64,000 nucleotides of DNA from Thermoanaerobaculia bacterium (GCA_947259925.1 CAMYOG010000017.1:441-64440), one strand, 5' to 3'. Shown: positions 28,753 through 40,523, numbered from the stretch's first letter. The notes: generated by a model not told the origin, from the sequence alone. Numbers and translations are program-made.

Positions 28753-29004
28753 CTAGCGGTCACGTTTCGGCCAGTAGCCGAGCTCCGGCTCGTAGCAGGA
28801 GCCCTCGAGGTCTTCGACCTTGCCGAGGAAGTACGCCTGGGCGTCCTTGATCGCCTCGTTGTAGACGCTCGGCCCGATCTCCTCGAGGCAATAGTCGAGG
28901 AGCAGCCCGGCCTTGAGATCTCCGATCTCGACCTCGAGCTCCTCGTCGGCGTAGCGCTTGATCGACCGGATCAGCTCCTCGCGGGTCTCTTTCTTCAGCT
29001 TCAC
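28753..29004 (-). CDS. DUF2164-like protein
   Basis: SIKRY..EELEVEIGDLKAGLLLDY..EEIGPSVYN.AI.DAQ. Confidence 0.8.
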   Translation of the reverse strand: MKLKKETREELIRSIKRYADEELEVEIGDLKAGLLLDYCLEEIGPSVYNEAIKDAQAYFLGKVEDLEGSCYEPELGYWPKRDR

Positions 29005-29489
29005 GACTGCCCTCCCACCGCGATGACCGTACCGCCGGTCAGCTCCCGGAGCTGATCGGAGGTCAGCCTGAAAACCGCGTGCGGCGTTCCGGCCGCGGCC
29101 CAGATCTCATCGAGCGCCAACAGATCCTCGTCCAGGAACGTGCTGATCGGGCGAACGTGTCCGCATGGCGGCACACCGCCGATGACGAAGCCGGTCGCTT
29201 CACGCACGAAGTCGGGCTTGGCCTGACCGATCGGCTCGCCGACCAGCGCGGAGATGGCCGTTTCGTCGATCCGGTTGACGCCGCTGGCGATCACCAGGAC
29301 CGGCTCGCCCGAGTCGAGCGCTCGAAAGACGATGCTCTTGGCGATCTGGGCGACCGAGCAGCCGATCGCCTCCGCAGCTTCCCGGGCGGTGCGGGTCGAG
29401 GCCGGAAGCTCGACCACCTCGAGCTCGAAGCCGGCGGCATCGAGCGCCTCCTGGACCGCGCGCGCGCTCCGACGCAGCTCACCCGACAT
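29001..29489 (-). CDS. YbaK/EbsC aminoacyl-tRNA deacylase family
   Basis: TRTAREAAEAIGC..AQIAKS, TGFVIGGVPP, WAAAGTP. Confidence 0.92.
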   Translation of the reverse strand: MSGELRRSARAVQEALDAAGFELEVVELPASTRTAREAAEAIGCSVAQIAKSIVFRALDSGEPVLVIASGVNRIDETAISALVGEPIGQAKPDFVREATGFVIGGVPPCGHVRPISTFLDEDLLALDEIWAAAGTPHAVFRLTSDQLRELTGGTVIAVGGQS

Positions 29490-30309
29490 CGACGACCTCC
29501 GTCGACGGCACTTCGCGCACGACCCGAAAGCCCAGGCTCGGGCCGTCGTCCGCCGGGCGGTGGGTGTAGCGGAGGGCGCAGCGCGCACTGTCGGGACCGT
29601 AGTACCAGCTGCCGCCCCGAATCACTCGCAGCACCGCGGCGCACGAGCCGATCGGATCGGTCACCGGCTCGTCCCGATACGGACAGTGCTCGTCCTCGCA
29701 CCACTCCCAGACGTTGCCGCTCATGTCGTACAGACCCCAGTCGTTCGGCGGATACGATCCGACCGGGGTGGTCCGCTCGAGGTAGGGTCCGGGTCTCGCC
29801 CCCGGATACGGCTCGCGACCGTCGAAGTTCGCCGCCTCGGAGGAGATCGCGGCGCCCTGCCCGAACGCCGTCCGGCGACCGGCCCGGCAAGCGTACTCCC
29901 ATTCCGCCTCGGTCGGCAGGCGCAGACGTTCATCGGTGCGCGCGGCCAGCTCGGTGAGGAACTCACGAACCCGAATCAGGCTCACCGTCTCGACCGGGCA
30001 GTCCGGTCCGCAGTCCTGGAACCGGCTCGGGTTGTCAGCCATCACCTCGGACCACTCGGCCTGGGTCACCTCGTAGCGCCCGAGGTAGAACGGCTTGGTC
30101 AGCGTGACGGTGTGGGCGATCTCCTGCGGCTCGCGGCCGGCCTCGTCGGACGGCGAGCCCATTTCGAACCAGCCCGGCTCGATCAGCACGAACTCCATGC
30201 CGGTGTGCGGCTCGGTCCAGGTCGATGGGAGCTCTCGGCCAGCGTCTCCGGCACAGCCCAGGAGGAGCAGACCGACGGCGATCGGACACGCCAGTCGGCC
30301 AGCGCTCAT
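29479..30309 (-). CDS. Formylglycine-generating enzyme (SUMF1)-domain lipoprotein
   Basis: LLLLGC lipobox, FEMGSP, RLPTEAEWEYACRAG, GLYDMSGNVWEWC, GFRVV. Confidence 0.9.
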   Translation of the reverse strand: MSAGRLACPIAVGLLLLGCAGDAGRELPSTWTEPHTGMEFVLIEPGWFEMGSPSDEAGREPQEIAHTVTLTKPFYLGRYEVTQAEWSEVMADNPSRFQDCGPDCPVETVSLIRVREFLTELAARTDERLRLPTEAEWEYACRAGRRTAFGQGAAISSEAANFDGREPYPGARPGPYLERTTPVGSYPPNDWGLYDMSGNVWEWCEDEHCPYRDEPVTDPIGSCAAVLRVIRGGSWYYGPDSARCALRYTHRPADDGPSLGFRVVREVPSTEVVDVG

Positions 30310-30653
30310 TCGGGGAGTACCGGCATGAAGGTCCGCAACAGGATGGCCATCACGACCAGACCGGCGATCATCCACAGCGCGGTCGGTCCGGGGCGGGCCC
30401 CGGTGTGGCGTACCAGCAGGAGGTGCGCCCAGGAGAGAGCGATGCCGCCCGCGAACAGATAGAAGACTTCGACGATATTCGACAGGCTCTGGGCACCGTA
30501 TCCGCTCGCCGTCAGCGCGACCCAGACCAGGAGCGCCGGCAGCGCGAGTCCGAGCATCCACGGCGAGTCGTTGCCCTGCCGCCGCGCTACCTGCCAGGCC
30601 GGAAACGAGACCGCGAAGGTCACCACGACCAGCACCAGCATCATCAGGGTCAT
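30306..30653 (-). CDS. Hypothetical membrane protein
   Basis: About 4 hydrophobic segments; stop overlaps the next start. Confidence 0.7.
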   Translation of the reverse strand: MTLMMLVLVVVTFAVSFPAWQVARRQGNDSPWMLGLALPALLVWVALTASGYGAQSLSNIVEVFYLFAGGIALSWAHLLLVRHTGARPGPTALWMIAGLVVMAILLRTFMPVLPE

Positions 30654-30694
30654 CGCGCGGGAACTCCTGACGGCCTCCCACCGTCCAACGTCAT

Positions 30695-31141
30695 ATGAAG
30701 CTCAGGCACAGACCGATCCCCCCGGCCGAGATACCGACCGCATCGATGGCCGACGTCGCCTTCCTGCTCATCGTCTTCTTCATTGTGACACTGACCTTCG
30801 CGGCCGAGCGAGGTCTGGACCTGGGTTTACCGGAGCCGCCGGACCCGGACGACCCGGTCGAGATGATCGAATCGGTCGTGGTCGAGGTACGGGCCGGAGG
30901 TGGACTGATCGTCGACCGATCGCCGATGACGCTCTCGAAGTTGCTCGCCTACCTCGAGCCGAAGCTCCAGCGGGACCCGCGCAAACCGGTGATCGTCCGC
31001 TCGGCGCCGGACGCAGGCTACGGACACGTGGTCCACGTCCTGGACGAGCTACGCCAGGCGCATACCCTGCTGGGCCTGGCCGAGGAGATCCAGATCGCCC
31101 TGCCGACCGAGCGCGAGATCGCCGAGTACTGGAGCTCGTAG
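30695..31141 (+). CDS. ExbD/TolR-family biopolymer transport protein
   Basis: IPTASMADVAFLLIVFFIV...YGHVVHVLDELRQA. Confidence 0.88.
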   Translation: MKLRHRPIPPAEIPTASMADVAFLLIVFFIVTLTFAAERGLDLGLPEPPDPDDPVEMIESVVVEVRAGGGLIVDRSPMTLSKLLAYLEPKLQRDPRKPVIVRSAPDAGYGHVVHVLDELRQAHTLLGLAEEIQIALPTEREIAEYWSS

Positions 31142-31705
31142 TCAGCTCTCGGCGAGATCCTCTCCCTCCCACCAGTCGCCCCACTTCTCACGCATCTTGT
31201 CGTTGTAGGCCTCGGACTCGCCGACGGGGATGCTCAGCGTCTGCCAGGAGTCGCCGGCGTGGTGCCGGGCAAGCGAGACGATCTGACCGGTGTGATAGGC
31301 GAGGTGGGTCAGGTTGCGCTGGATCGCTTCGAACACCTTGTGCGGCTCGCCACGAATGGTGATCTGCTTCTCGAGGTGCCCGGGCCCGAGCGCGTCGAGC
31401 GACTCGAACGTGATCTTCCAGCCCTCGTTCCAGATCGCGCGAATCGACTCAGGCGTCTCGCCCTCGACGACGAACTCGCTATCGCGATTCCGGTCCGGCT
31501 TCTCGCCATCGGTGGTCAGGAAGTCGCGCCAGCGCGACCGGTGGTTGCCGCCCAGGTGCTTCATCTGCGCGGCGAGGCAGAGCGGAATCGAGCCGACCGT
31601 CGCGAACAGCTGCTCGTCGGTCACCTGCTCGATCGCCCGCTCGCACTGCGCCTTGCGATAGTGGTACTGGTCTCTCACTTCCCTGAGCCAGGCCTGTCCG
31701 TCCAT
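31142..31705 (-). CDS. DinB-like (DUF1572) protein
   Basis: KHLGGNHRSRWRDFLTTDGEKPDRNRDSEF, HLAYHTGQI. Confidence 0.88.
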   Translation of the reverse strand: MDGQAWLREVRDQYHYRKAQCERAIEQVTDEQLFATVGSIPLCLAAQMKHLGGNHRSRWRDFLTTDGEKPDRNRDSEFVVEGETPESIRAIWNEGWKITFESLDALGPGHLEKQITIRGEPHKVFEAIQRNLTHLAYHTGQIVSLARHHAGDSWQTLSIPVGESEAYNDKMREKWGDWWEGEDLAES

Positions 31706-31733
31706 GGTCTGCCCTCCTTCTCCGTGGATCGAT

Positions 31734-32216
31734 CTACCTCGCTGTCCGCCCCAGTATGAGTCTGCGTAGCTGATGAGCGTGCCGCACCGGATGCATGACA
31801 GCGTGCTCGAGCATGGCGTCGATGCAGTAGGGAGTGCCCCAGCGCGAGACGTGTGCCGGCGCGTAGGCGCGCTCCTCGGTCAGACCCTCGAACGGCACCG
31901 CCCACGCTCTCAGTAAGCTCTCCAGGTAGTCCTCGGCGCGCTCCGCTAGCCCCTCCGGCTCCGGCCGGTCCTCCTCGACGCGCCCCGGCAGCCCCAGCTG
32001 CTCACAGATCCAGTTCAGATACCGTGCGGAGCAGCCGAGGACGTGCGCGAGCAGCGTCTCCATCGAGGCGTAGTTGGCATCGTCGGTTGCCGGCAGCTCC
32101 ACACCGAGCCCGGACGCAGTCTGCCAGGTGGCCAGGAAGTCGCGCAGGTAGAGCTCGTGCAGGTCGGTGAGCGCCGCGGCACCCGAGTAGATCGTCGAAG
32201 CGTTCGGATCGGTCAT
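31734..32216 (-). CDS. DinB-like hypothetical protein
   Basis: LLAHVLGC...MLEHAVMHPVRHAHQL; ATG overlaps the NUDIX stop. Confidence 0.7.
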   Translation of the reverse strand: MTDPNASTIYSGAAALTDLHELYLRDFLATWQTASGLGVELPATDDANYASMETLLAHVLGCSARYLNWICEQLGLPGRVEEDRPEPEGLAERAEDYLESLLRAWAVPFEGLTEERAYAPAHVSRWGTPYCIDAMLEHAVMHPVRHAHQLRRLILGRTAR

Positions 32217-32776
32217 CAGTTCAGGGTCGGGCACTCCAGCTGCCCGAGCCGGGCGAGGGCGTAGAGCGCCGAGGCGACGTGCAGCGCCTGTAGGAGGCCG
32301 CCGTCCAGAACCAGCTCGACGAACTGCTGGAGCGGCATCAGCACCACTTGGGTCTCTTCCGAGTCGGATTGGACGGGGTCGGCGACCCGGCGGCACCCGG
32401 TCGCCAGGAAGCAGTGCGTCAGATTGCTGTGGCTGGACGGATTCGGTGACAGGATCCCCGATTCGACGATCGCACCAGGCTCGAAGCCGGTCTCCTCGAG
32501 GAGCTCGCGCGCGACCGCGTCTGCCGCCGAGTCGTCTCCCGGATCGACCGCGCCACAGGGGAGCTCGAGCAGGGTGCGGGCGAGGCCGTGCCGATACTGA
32601 CGGACCAGAACGACGTCGCCCTCGTCGGTCAGCGCGACCACGTTCACCCAGTCCGGATAGTCGAGCACGTAGAACGGCTCGACCAGCTCGCCGCGTGACG
32701 TGCGGCACGAATCGGCGCGCAACGAGATCCAATCGTCCTCCAGGATCCGTCGAGAGCTTTCGACTGTCCAGTCCAT
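32216..32776 (-). CDS. NUDIX hydrolase (ADP-ribose pyrophosphatase-like)
   Basis: LVRQYRHG, ELPCGAVD...RELLEETG Nudix box. Confidence 0.92.
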   Translation of the reverse strand: MDWTVESSRRILEDDWISLRADSCRTSRGELVEPFYVLDYPDWVNVVALTDEGDVVLVRQYRHGLARTLLELPCGAVDPGDDSAADAVARELLEETGFEPGAIVESGILSPNPSSHSNLTHCFLATGCRRVADPVQSDSEETQVVLMPLQQFVELVLDGGLLQALHVASALYALARLGQLECPTLN

Positions 32777-32821
32777 ATCTCGTCCTCTAGCTGGCGCCGG
32801 CGCGCCCCCGGCAACGCGACG

Positions 32822-33574
32822 CTATTCGAAACGATACTGCACGTACTCTGGATCGCCTTCCAGACGGTGCGGCTCGAGGAACTCCCAGCACTCCTGGTTG
32901 AACTTCGGCGCGCGGTCGTAGTACCAGTGATCGTGACCGGGTATCTCGGCCAGCTCGATCGGGAAGCCCCGTTCCTCGAGGGCGTCGCGCGTCGCCCGCA
33001 CCTTCGCCAGCGGAAAGTAGGGATCCTTGGTACCGACCAGGATCTTGATCGGGATCTTCCGCTTCGCTTCGTCGGCCATCGGATACGACTCCTCGTGCAA
33101 CCGACCGGCGTGGACCGCCGCGGCGGCGAAGTACTGCGACTCGGAGACCGCCATCTGGAGCGAGAACGAAGCGCCTCCGGAGTGGCCGAAGAGGTAGACC
33201 CGCCCAGGGTCGATCGGTAGCTCGCTCTTGACGCTCTCGACGATGTCGCGCAGAAAGTCCGGGCCGTCGTCGGGCGCGATCCACACCTTCGGGTTGAGCG
33301 ACTCGGGCGCGGCGACCACGATGCCCTCCTTGGCCGCCAGCTTGTGCCACTTGTCCATCAGCGACAGGCCGTCGCGGCCGGACCCGTGCAGCAGCAGCAA
33401 GAGCGGCAGCGGACCGCTCGCCTCGTCGTGCTCGGGAACGAACAGGTAGTACGTCCGCTCCTCGCCCATGTATTCGATCGTCCGCTTCTGCGGCTTCGGG
33501 CCCTTGGCCGCGAGCGCCGCGGACGCGCACAGGAAGGCGACCAGCGCCACTACAGCAATTACGGATCTAGTCAT
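32822..33574 (-). CDS. Secreted alpha/beta hydrolase (PHB depolymerase/esterase-like)
   Basis: Signal peptide, LLLLHGSG, GHSGG nucleophile elbow, GHDH. Confidence 0.85.
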   Translation of the reverse strand: MTRSVIAVVALVAFLCASAALAAKGPKPQKRTIEYMGEERTYYLFVPEHDEASGPLPLLLLLHGSGRDGLSLMDKWHKLAAKEGIVVAAPESLNPKVWIAPDDGPDFLRDIVESVKSELPIDPGRVYLFGHSGGASFSLQMAVSESQYFAAAAVHAGRLHEESYPMADEAKRKIPIKILVGTKDPYFPLAKVRATRDALEERGFPIELAEIPGHDHWYYDRAPKFNQECWEFLEPHRLEGDPEYVQYRFE

Positions 33575-33930
33575 CTCTCTCCTCTTGCCAGTACCGCTCC
33601 GAGCGCCGGCGGGAACAGCAGCCAGATCCCCGAGATCGGCATGATCACGGCGCACAGCACAGCCATCCCCAGAAGTGCCCACCCGAGGAACCGGGGCAGC
33701 CCGGCCCGGCGTGCCTCGCACCAATCGATCAGGCCGCCGAGCACGAGCGCCAGCAGGCCGAAGTAGATGAACCAGAAGGCGAACTCGCGCTCGGGCTGAC
33801 CGTTGACGGTGTTGACCAGGCCCTCGCTCCAGATCACCGCCAACGTCCCACGCAGGAATACGAATCCGAACAGCGAGTGGATCACGCCGATACCGATCAT
33901 CCACCTGCCGATCCAACGGCGGGGCTTCAT
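33571..33930 (-). CDS. Membrane protein (DUF6463-like)
   Basis: IGRWMIGIGVIH...AFWF...MPISGIWLL. Confidence 0.75.
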   Translation of the reverse strand: MKPRRWIGRWMIGIGVIHSLFGFVFLRGTLAVIWSEGLVNTVNGQPEREFAFWFIYFGLLALVLGGLIDWCEARRAGLPRFLGWALLGMAVLCAVIMPISGIWLLFPPALGAVLARGER

Positions 33931-33954
33931 GGCGCCTACTGTAGCCGTTCGCCA

Positions 33955-34034
33955 GGGTGCCAGGCCTGCAAGATGCAAGTTGCTCTCACCCCTCAGCACT
34001 CGGCTGCTACTTGCATCTTGCAGGCCTGGCACCC
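33955..34034. repeat. Perfect 26-bp inverted repeat with 28-nt loop (REP/MITE-like)
   Basis: GGGTGCCAGGCCTGCAAGATGCAAGT (33955-33980) and its exact reverse complement (34009-34034). Confidence 0.92.
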
Positions 34035-34049
34035 ACCCGCACCCACCCG

Positions 34050-34427
34050 CTAGCCACTCGCCCACCAGGTGATCACCGAGATCGCCAGGAAGGCGATCCA
34101 GGACAGATGCTTGCCGCGGGACGCCACCAACGCCAGCACCGTGCTCGCGGCAAAGGTGAGCGACACCGCCCGCAGCACCCGCACACCCGACCCGCCGGGC
34201 TCCCCCGTCGCCACCGCGAGCATCACCAGCCCGAGCCCCCACCAGGCGAGCGTGGTCGCGTGCCACGCCCAGCGGAGGGTGCGCTTGGTGAACCGGTCGT
34301 CGCCGAACAGCTTCGGGAGATTGTCGCGCCGCATCAGCCGCATCAGGATGTACCTCTCGCCCAGGTAGGAGTGGGTGACACCGATCGCAACGGCGATCAC
34401 GACGGCGGCGATCAGTGACGGGCTCAC
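34050..34427 (-). CDS. Hypothetical membrane protein
   Basis: HSYLGERYIL...RWAWHATT...SRGKHLSW; 4 hydrophobic segments. Confidence 0.75.
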   Translation of the reverse strand: MSPSLIAAVVIAVAIGVTHSYLGERYILMRLMRRDNLPKLFGDDRFTKRTLRWAWHATTLAWWGLGLVMLAVATGEPGGSGVRVLRAVSLTFAASTVLALVASRGKHLSWIAFLAISVITWWASG

Positions 34428-34431
34428 GGCT

Positions 34432-36447
34432 CTACCTCTTCTTCTTCAGATACAGGTCCGTAACCGTCCCCTCGAACACCTCGCTGGCGAAGGCGACGGT
34501 CTCCGACAGGGTCGGGTGCGGGTGGACGGTCAGGCCGAGATCGCTCGCTTCGCAGTCCATCTCGATCGCCAGCGCCAGCTCGGAGATCAGATCGCCGGCG
34601 TTCGGGCCTACGACCCCCGCGCCGAGTACCCGCCGGGTCGTCGGATCGAACAGGATCTTCGTCAGTCCCTCGGTCCGGCCCATCCCGATGGCGCGACCGC
34701 TCGCCGCCCACGGGAAGCTACCGACCTCGTAGGCCGTCCCGTCCTTCTCGGCGTCGGTCTCGGTCAGCCCGACCCAGGCGATCTCGGGATCGGTGTAGGC
34801 GACCGACGGGATCACGCGCGCGTCGAAGTGGCTTTTCTCGCCGGCGATCGCCTCGGCCGCGACTTTCCCCTCGTGACTCGCCTTGTGGGCGAGCATCGGA
34901 CCGGGAACGATGTCGCCGATCGCGAAGATGTGCCGGACGCTGGTGCGCAGCTGCGAGTCGACCTCGATGAAGCCGCGCTCGTCCACTCTGACGCCGGTCG
35001 CTTCGATGTCGACGCGGTCGGAGTTCGGGCGGCGACCGACCGAGACCAGGGCGCGGTCGAAGAGCTCCGACTCCGGCGCTCGCTTCCCTTCCATGAACGC
35101 CGTCAGCCCGTCGTCGCCACTCTCGATCTCGAGCACCTTGGTCTTGACGTGGATCTTCGCCTTGTAGCGCTTCTTCAGTCGGCGCTCGAACGGCTTGACC
35201 AGATCACGGTCGCAACCGGGGATCAAGCCGTCGAGTAGCTCGACGACGGTGATCTGGCTCCCGAGCGCGCCGTAGACGCACGCCATCTCGAGGCCGATGA
35301 TGCCGCCGCCGACGATCAGGAGCTTCTCGGGTACCTCGGGCAGGGTCAGGGCTCCGGTCGAGTCCATCACCCTCGGGTCGTCGTAGGGAATCCCCGGGAT
35401 CTCGACGCCGCGCGAGCCGACGGCGATGATCGCGTGATCGAACTGGATGTCATGGCTGCCCTCGGCGCCGGTCGCCTCGAGCGTGTGCGGGCTGGTGAAG
35501 CGGCCGGTGCCGGTGATGACCCTTACCTGACGCTGCGTGGCCATCGTCGCCAGGCCGCCCGTCAGCCGGCCGACGATCTGATCCTTCCAGGCTCGTAGCT
35601 GGTCGAGATCGAGCTTCGGCTCGCCGAAGGTGACGCCGTGCGCACCCAGATCGGCGGCCTCCTCGATCACCCGGGCGACGTGCAGATAGGCCTTGGACGG
35701 AATGCAGCCGACGTTGAGGCAGACGCCGCCGAGGGTGGGGTAACGCTCGACGAGGACGACCTTCTGGCCGAGGTCGGCGGCGCGGAATGCGGCGGTGTAG
35801 CCACCGGGGCCGGAGCCGAGGACCAGGACGTCGGCGTAATGACTGGTCTTGGAGGAGGGGGAGGGGGCTGCGGAGAGGGGAGAGAGCCCTCCCCCTTCAC
35901 CCCCTCCATTGGATGCCGCTCCAGCGGATGCCGCTCGATCGGACACCTCTCCATCAGATTCCGGGGGGGATTCCGAGGATGGTGGTTGGCCTTCGGCGGC
36001 TGTCGAAGGGTCCGCGGAGTCCTGGGAGGGCTCGGGCTCCGCGGCCGCTTCCGGAGGCGACTCGGGAGCCGGTTCGGAGGCCGACGTCTTCTTCCCCGTT
36101 GCCGGCTCCGACAGGGCCGCACTCTCCTCCGAGGGTGGGGTTAGCTTCGCCTTCGGCTCGCTGACGACTCGATCCGATTCCTGAGGAGCGTTCGAAAGGG
36201 GAGGGCTCTCCCCTTTCTCCAGCACCGCGATGAGGTCGCCCTTTCCCACCTTGTCGCCGACCCGTACGATCACCTTCTCGACTACGCCGGCGTGGGTCGA
36301 GGGGACATCCATCGACGCCTTGTCACTCTCCAGGGTGATCAGGCCGGCATCGACCTCGACGCTCTCGCCCGCGGCGACCAGCACCTCGACGACGTCGACC
36401 TTCTCGTCGGTGCCGATGTCGGGGATGCGGATCTCGACCGCGCTCAC
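34432..36447 (-). CDS. lpdA: Dihydrolipoamide dehydrogenase with N-terminal lipoyl domain and unusually long linker
   Basis: ESDKAS lipoyl motif, GSGPGG, GGVCLNVGCIPSK, HPHPTLSE. Confidence 0.96.
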   Translation of the reverse strand: MSAVEIRIPDIGTDEKVDVVEVLVAAGESVEVDAGLITLESDKASMDVPSTHAGVVEKVIVRVGDKVGKGDLIAVLEKGESPPLSNAPQESDRVVSEPKAKLTPPSEESAALSEPATGKKTSASEPAPESPPEAAAEPEPSQDSADPSTAAEGQPPSSESPPESDGEVSDRAASAGAASNGGGEGGGLSPLSAAPSPSSKTSHYADVLVLGSGPGGYTAAFRAADLGQKVVLVERYPTLGGVCLNVGCIPSKAYLHVARVIEEAADLGAHGVTFGEPKLDLDQLRAWKDQIVGRLTGGLATMATQRQVRVITGTGRFTSPHTLEATGAEGSHDIQFDHAIIAVGSRGVEIPGIPYDDPRVMDSTGALTLPEVPEKLLIVGGGIIGLEMACVYGALGSQITVVELLDGLIPGCDRDLVKPFERRLKKRYKAKIHVKTKVLEIESGDDGLTAFMEGKRAPESELFDRALVSVGRRPNSDRVDIEATGVRVDERGFIEVDSQLRTSVRHIFAIGDIVPGPMLAHKASHEGKVAAEAIAGEKSHFDARVIPSVAYTDPEIAWVGLTETDAEKDGTAYEVGSFPWAASGRAIGMGRTEGLTKILFDPTTRRVLGAGVVGPNAGDLISELALAIEMDCEASDLGLTVHPHPTLSETVAFASEVFEGTVTDLYLKKKR
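35872..36220. repeat. Two oppositely oriented GGGGAGGGCTCTCCCC-core elements (35872-35913, 36137-36220) in the lpdA linker
   Basis: 36137-36220 matches 47613-47696 (about 69/85 by manual alignment); reverse complement of 35872-35913 matches 37492-37533 (36/42). Confidence 0.85.
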
Positions 36448-37772
36448 AGGGCCAGCCTTCGGATGTCCGAGAGGAGCCGGGCGAGGTAGGTCGTGAAGCG
36501 GACCGCCATCGCGCCGTCGACCACTCGATGGTCGTAGGAGAGCGACAGCGGCAGGATCAGCCGCGGCACGAACTCGCTCCCTTGCCAGACCGGCTTCATG
36601 CGCGCGCGCGCCACGCCCAGGATCGCCACCTCGGGCGCGTTGATGATCGGCGTGAAGTACGAGCCGCCGATGCTGCCGAGGCTCGAGATGGTGAACGACG
36701 CACCCTGGATCTGGTCGGGCTTGAGCTTGCCCTCGCGGGCGGCGCCGCTGATCTCGCCCAACTCGCGCGCGACCTCGAGAATGCCTTTGCGGTCGACATC
36801 CTTGATCACCGGCACCACCAGCCCGCCGGTCGTGTCGACCGCGAATCCCAGGTGGTAGTAGCGCTTGAGCACCAGGTGCTCGTCGTCCTTGTCGAGCGAC
36901 GAGTTGAGGACCGGAAACTCCTTGAGCGACATGACGACCGCCTTCATGATGAAGGCGAGCGGCGTCAGGCTGATCCCCTGCTCCTTGGCCGCCGGCTTCT
37001 GCTCCTTGCGGAACTCTTCGAGTTCGGTGATGTCCGCCTCGTCGTTCTGGGTGACGTGCGGCAGGTTGACCCAGCTCGCGTGCAGCCTCGGGCCCGAGAT
37101 CTTCTGGATGCGGGTACGAGCCACGCGCTCGATCTCGCCGAAACGGGAGAAGTCGATCTGCGGCACCTCCGGCAGACCGGCGCCCACCGCCGCGGGCTCC
37201 GACAGCGCTCGCTTGATGTAGCCCTGGACGTCCTCCTTCAGGATCCGCGATTTGCGACCGGTTCCCCGCACCCGGGTCAGGTCGACGCCCAGCTCGCGGC
37301 CGAAGCGGCGGACGGCCGGGCTGGCGTAGGCCTTGTTGAAGGCCGAAGGGTCGACGACCGGTTCGGCCATCGGCGGCGGACTCGACGGAGCAGGCGGCGA
37401 GCCAGGCTCGGGCGCTGCCGGTTCGGGCGAAGGCGGCTCAAGCTCGGCCGGCTCTTCGGGGGGGGTCTCGGGAGGAGTCGCCCGCACGCTTTCCGATGGA
37501 GGGGGTGCAGGGGGAGGGCCCTCCCCCTGCTCCGCAGCCTCGAGGGTCAGGATCAGCGCCCCCTCGCCCACCTTGTCGCCCGCCTTCACCTTCACGTCCC
37601 GGATCGTCCCGGCGAACGGGGTCGGCACGTCCATCGTCGCCTTGTCGCTCTCGAGCGTGATCAGCGAGTCCTCGACCGCGACCGTGTCGCCGCTCGCGAC
37701 CAGCACCTCGATGACGTCGACCTCGTCGAAGTCGCCGATGTCGGGGACCACTACGTCCTTGACTTCACCCAT
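36444..37772 (-). CDS. aceF: Dihydrolipoamide acetyltransferase E2 (single lipoyl domain)
   Basis: ESDKAT, ASPAVRR, PIINAPEVAILG, SYDHRVVDG. Confidence 0.96.
   Translation of the reverse strand: MGEVKDVVVPDIGDFDEVDVIEVLVASGDTVAVEDSLITLESDKATMDVPTPFAGTIRDVKVKAGDKVGEGALILTLEAAEQGEGPPPAPPPSESVRATPPETPPEEPAELEPPSPEPAAPEPGSPPAPSSPPPMAEPVVDPSAFNKAYASPAVRRFGRELGVDLTRVRGTGRKSRILKEDVQGYIKRALSEPAAVGAGLPEVPQIDFSRFGEIERVARTRIQKISGPRLHASWVNLPHVTQNDEADITELEEFRKEQKPAAKEQGISLTPLAFIMKAVVMSLKEFPVLNSSLDKDDEHLVLKRYYHLGFAVDTTGGLVVPVIKDVDRKGILEVARELGEISGAAREGKLKPDQIQGASFTISSLGSIGGSYFTPIINAPEVAILGVARARMKPVWQGSEFVPRLILPLSLSYDHRVVDGAMAVRFTTYLARLLSDIRRLAL
37492..37533. repeat. Palindromic element in the aceF linker
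   Basis: Perfect 24-bp palindrome GCAGGGGGAGGGCCCTCCCCCTGC at 37507-37530; related to 35872-35913 and 23673-23701. Confidence 0.82.
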
Positions 37773-37785
37773 CAGCCTGCCTGCC

Positions 37786-40455
<2,670 letters not shown>

Positions 40456-40494
40456 GGTGGTCTCCTGCCGTCGAGTGAGGGAGCTGAAGGCGCC

Positions 40495-40523
40495 ATTCTA
40501 TTCGCTTATAGCGAATCGCCCAA
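40495..40523 (-). promoter_or_regulatory. Putative pdh promoter TTGGGC-N17-TAGAAT with palindrome ATTCGCT-TAT-AGCGAAT in the spacer
   Basis: -10 at 40500-40495, -35 at 40523-40518, palindrome at 40500-40516. Confidence 0.65.

Noticed and set aside
36220..36447. Lipoyl domain fused to LpdA as a novelty
   Set aside because: Known architecture in several bacteria such as Neisseria and Ralstonia; only the linker content is unusual.
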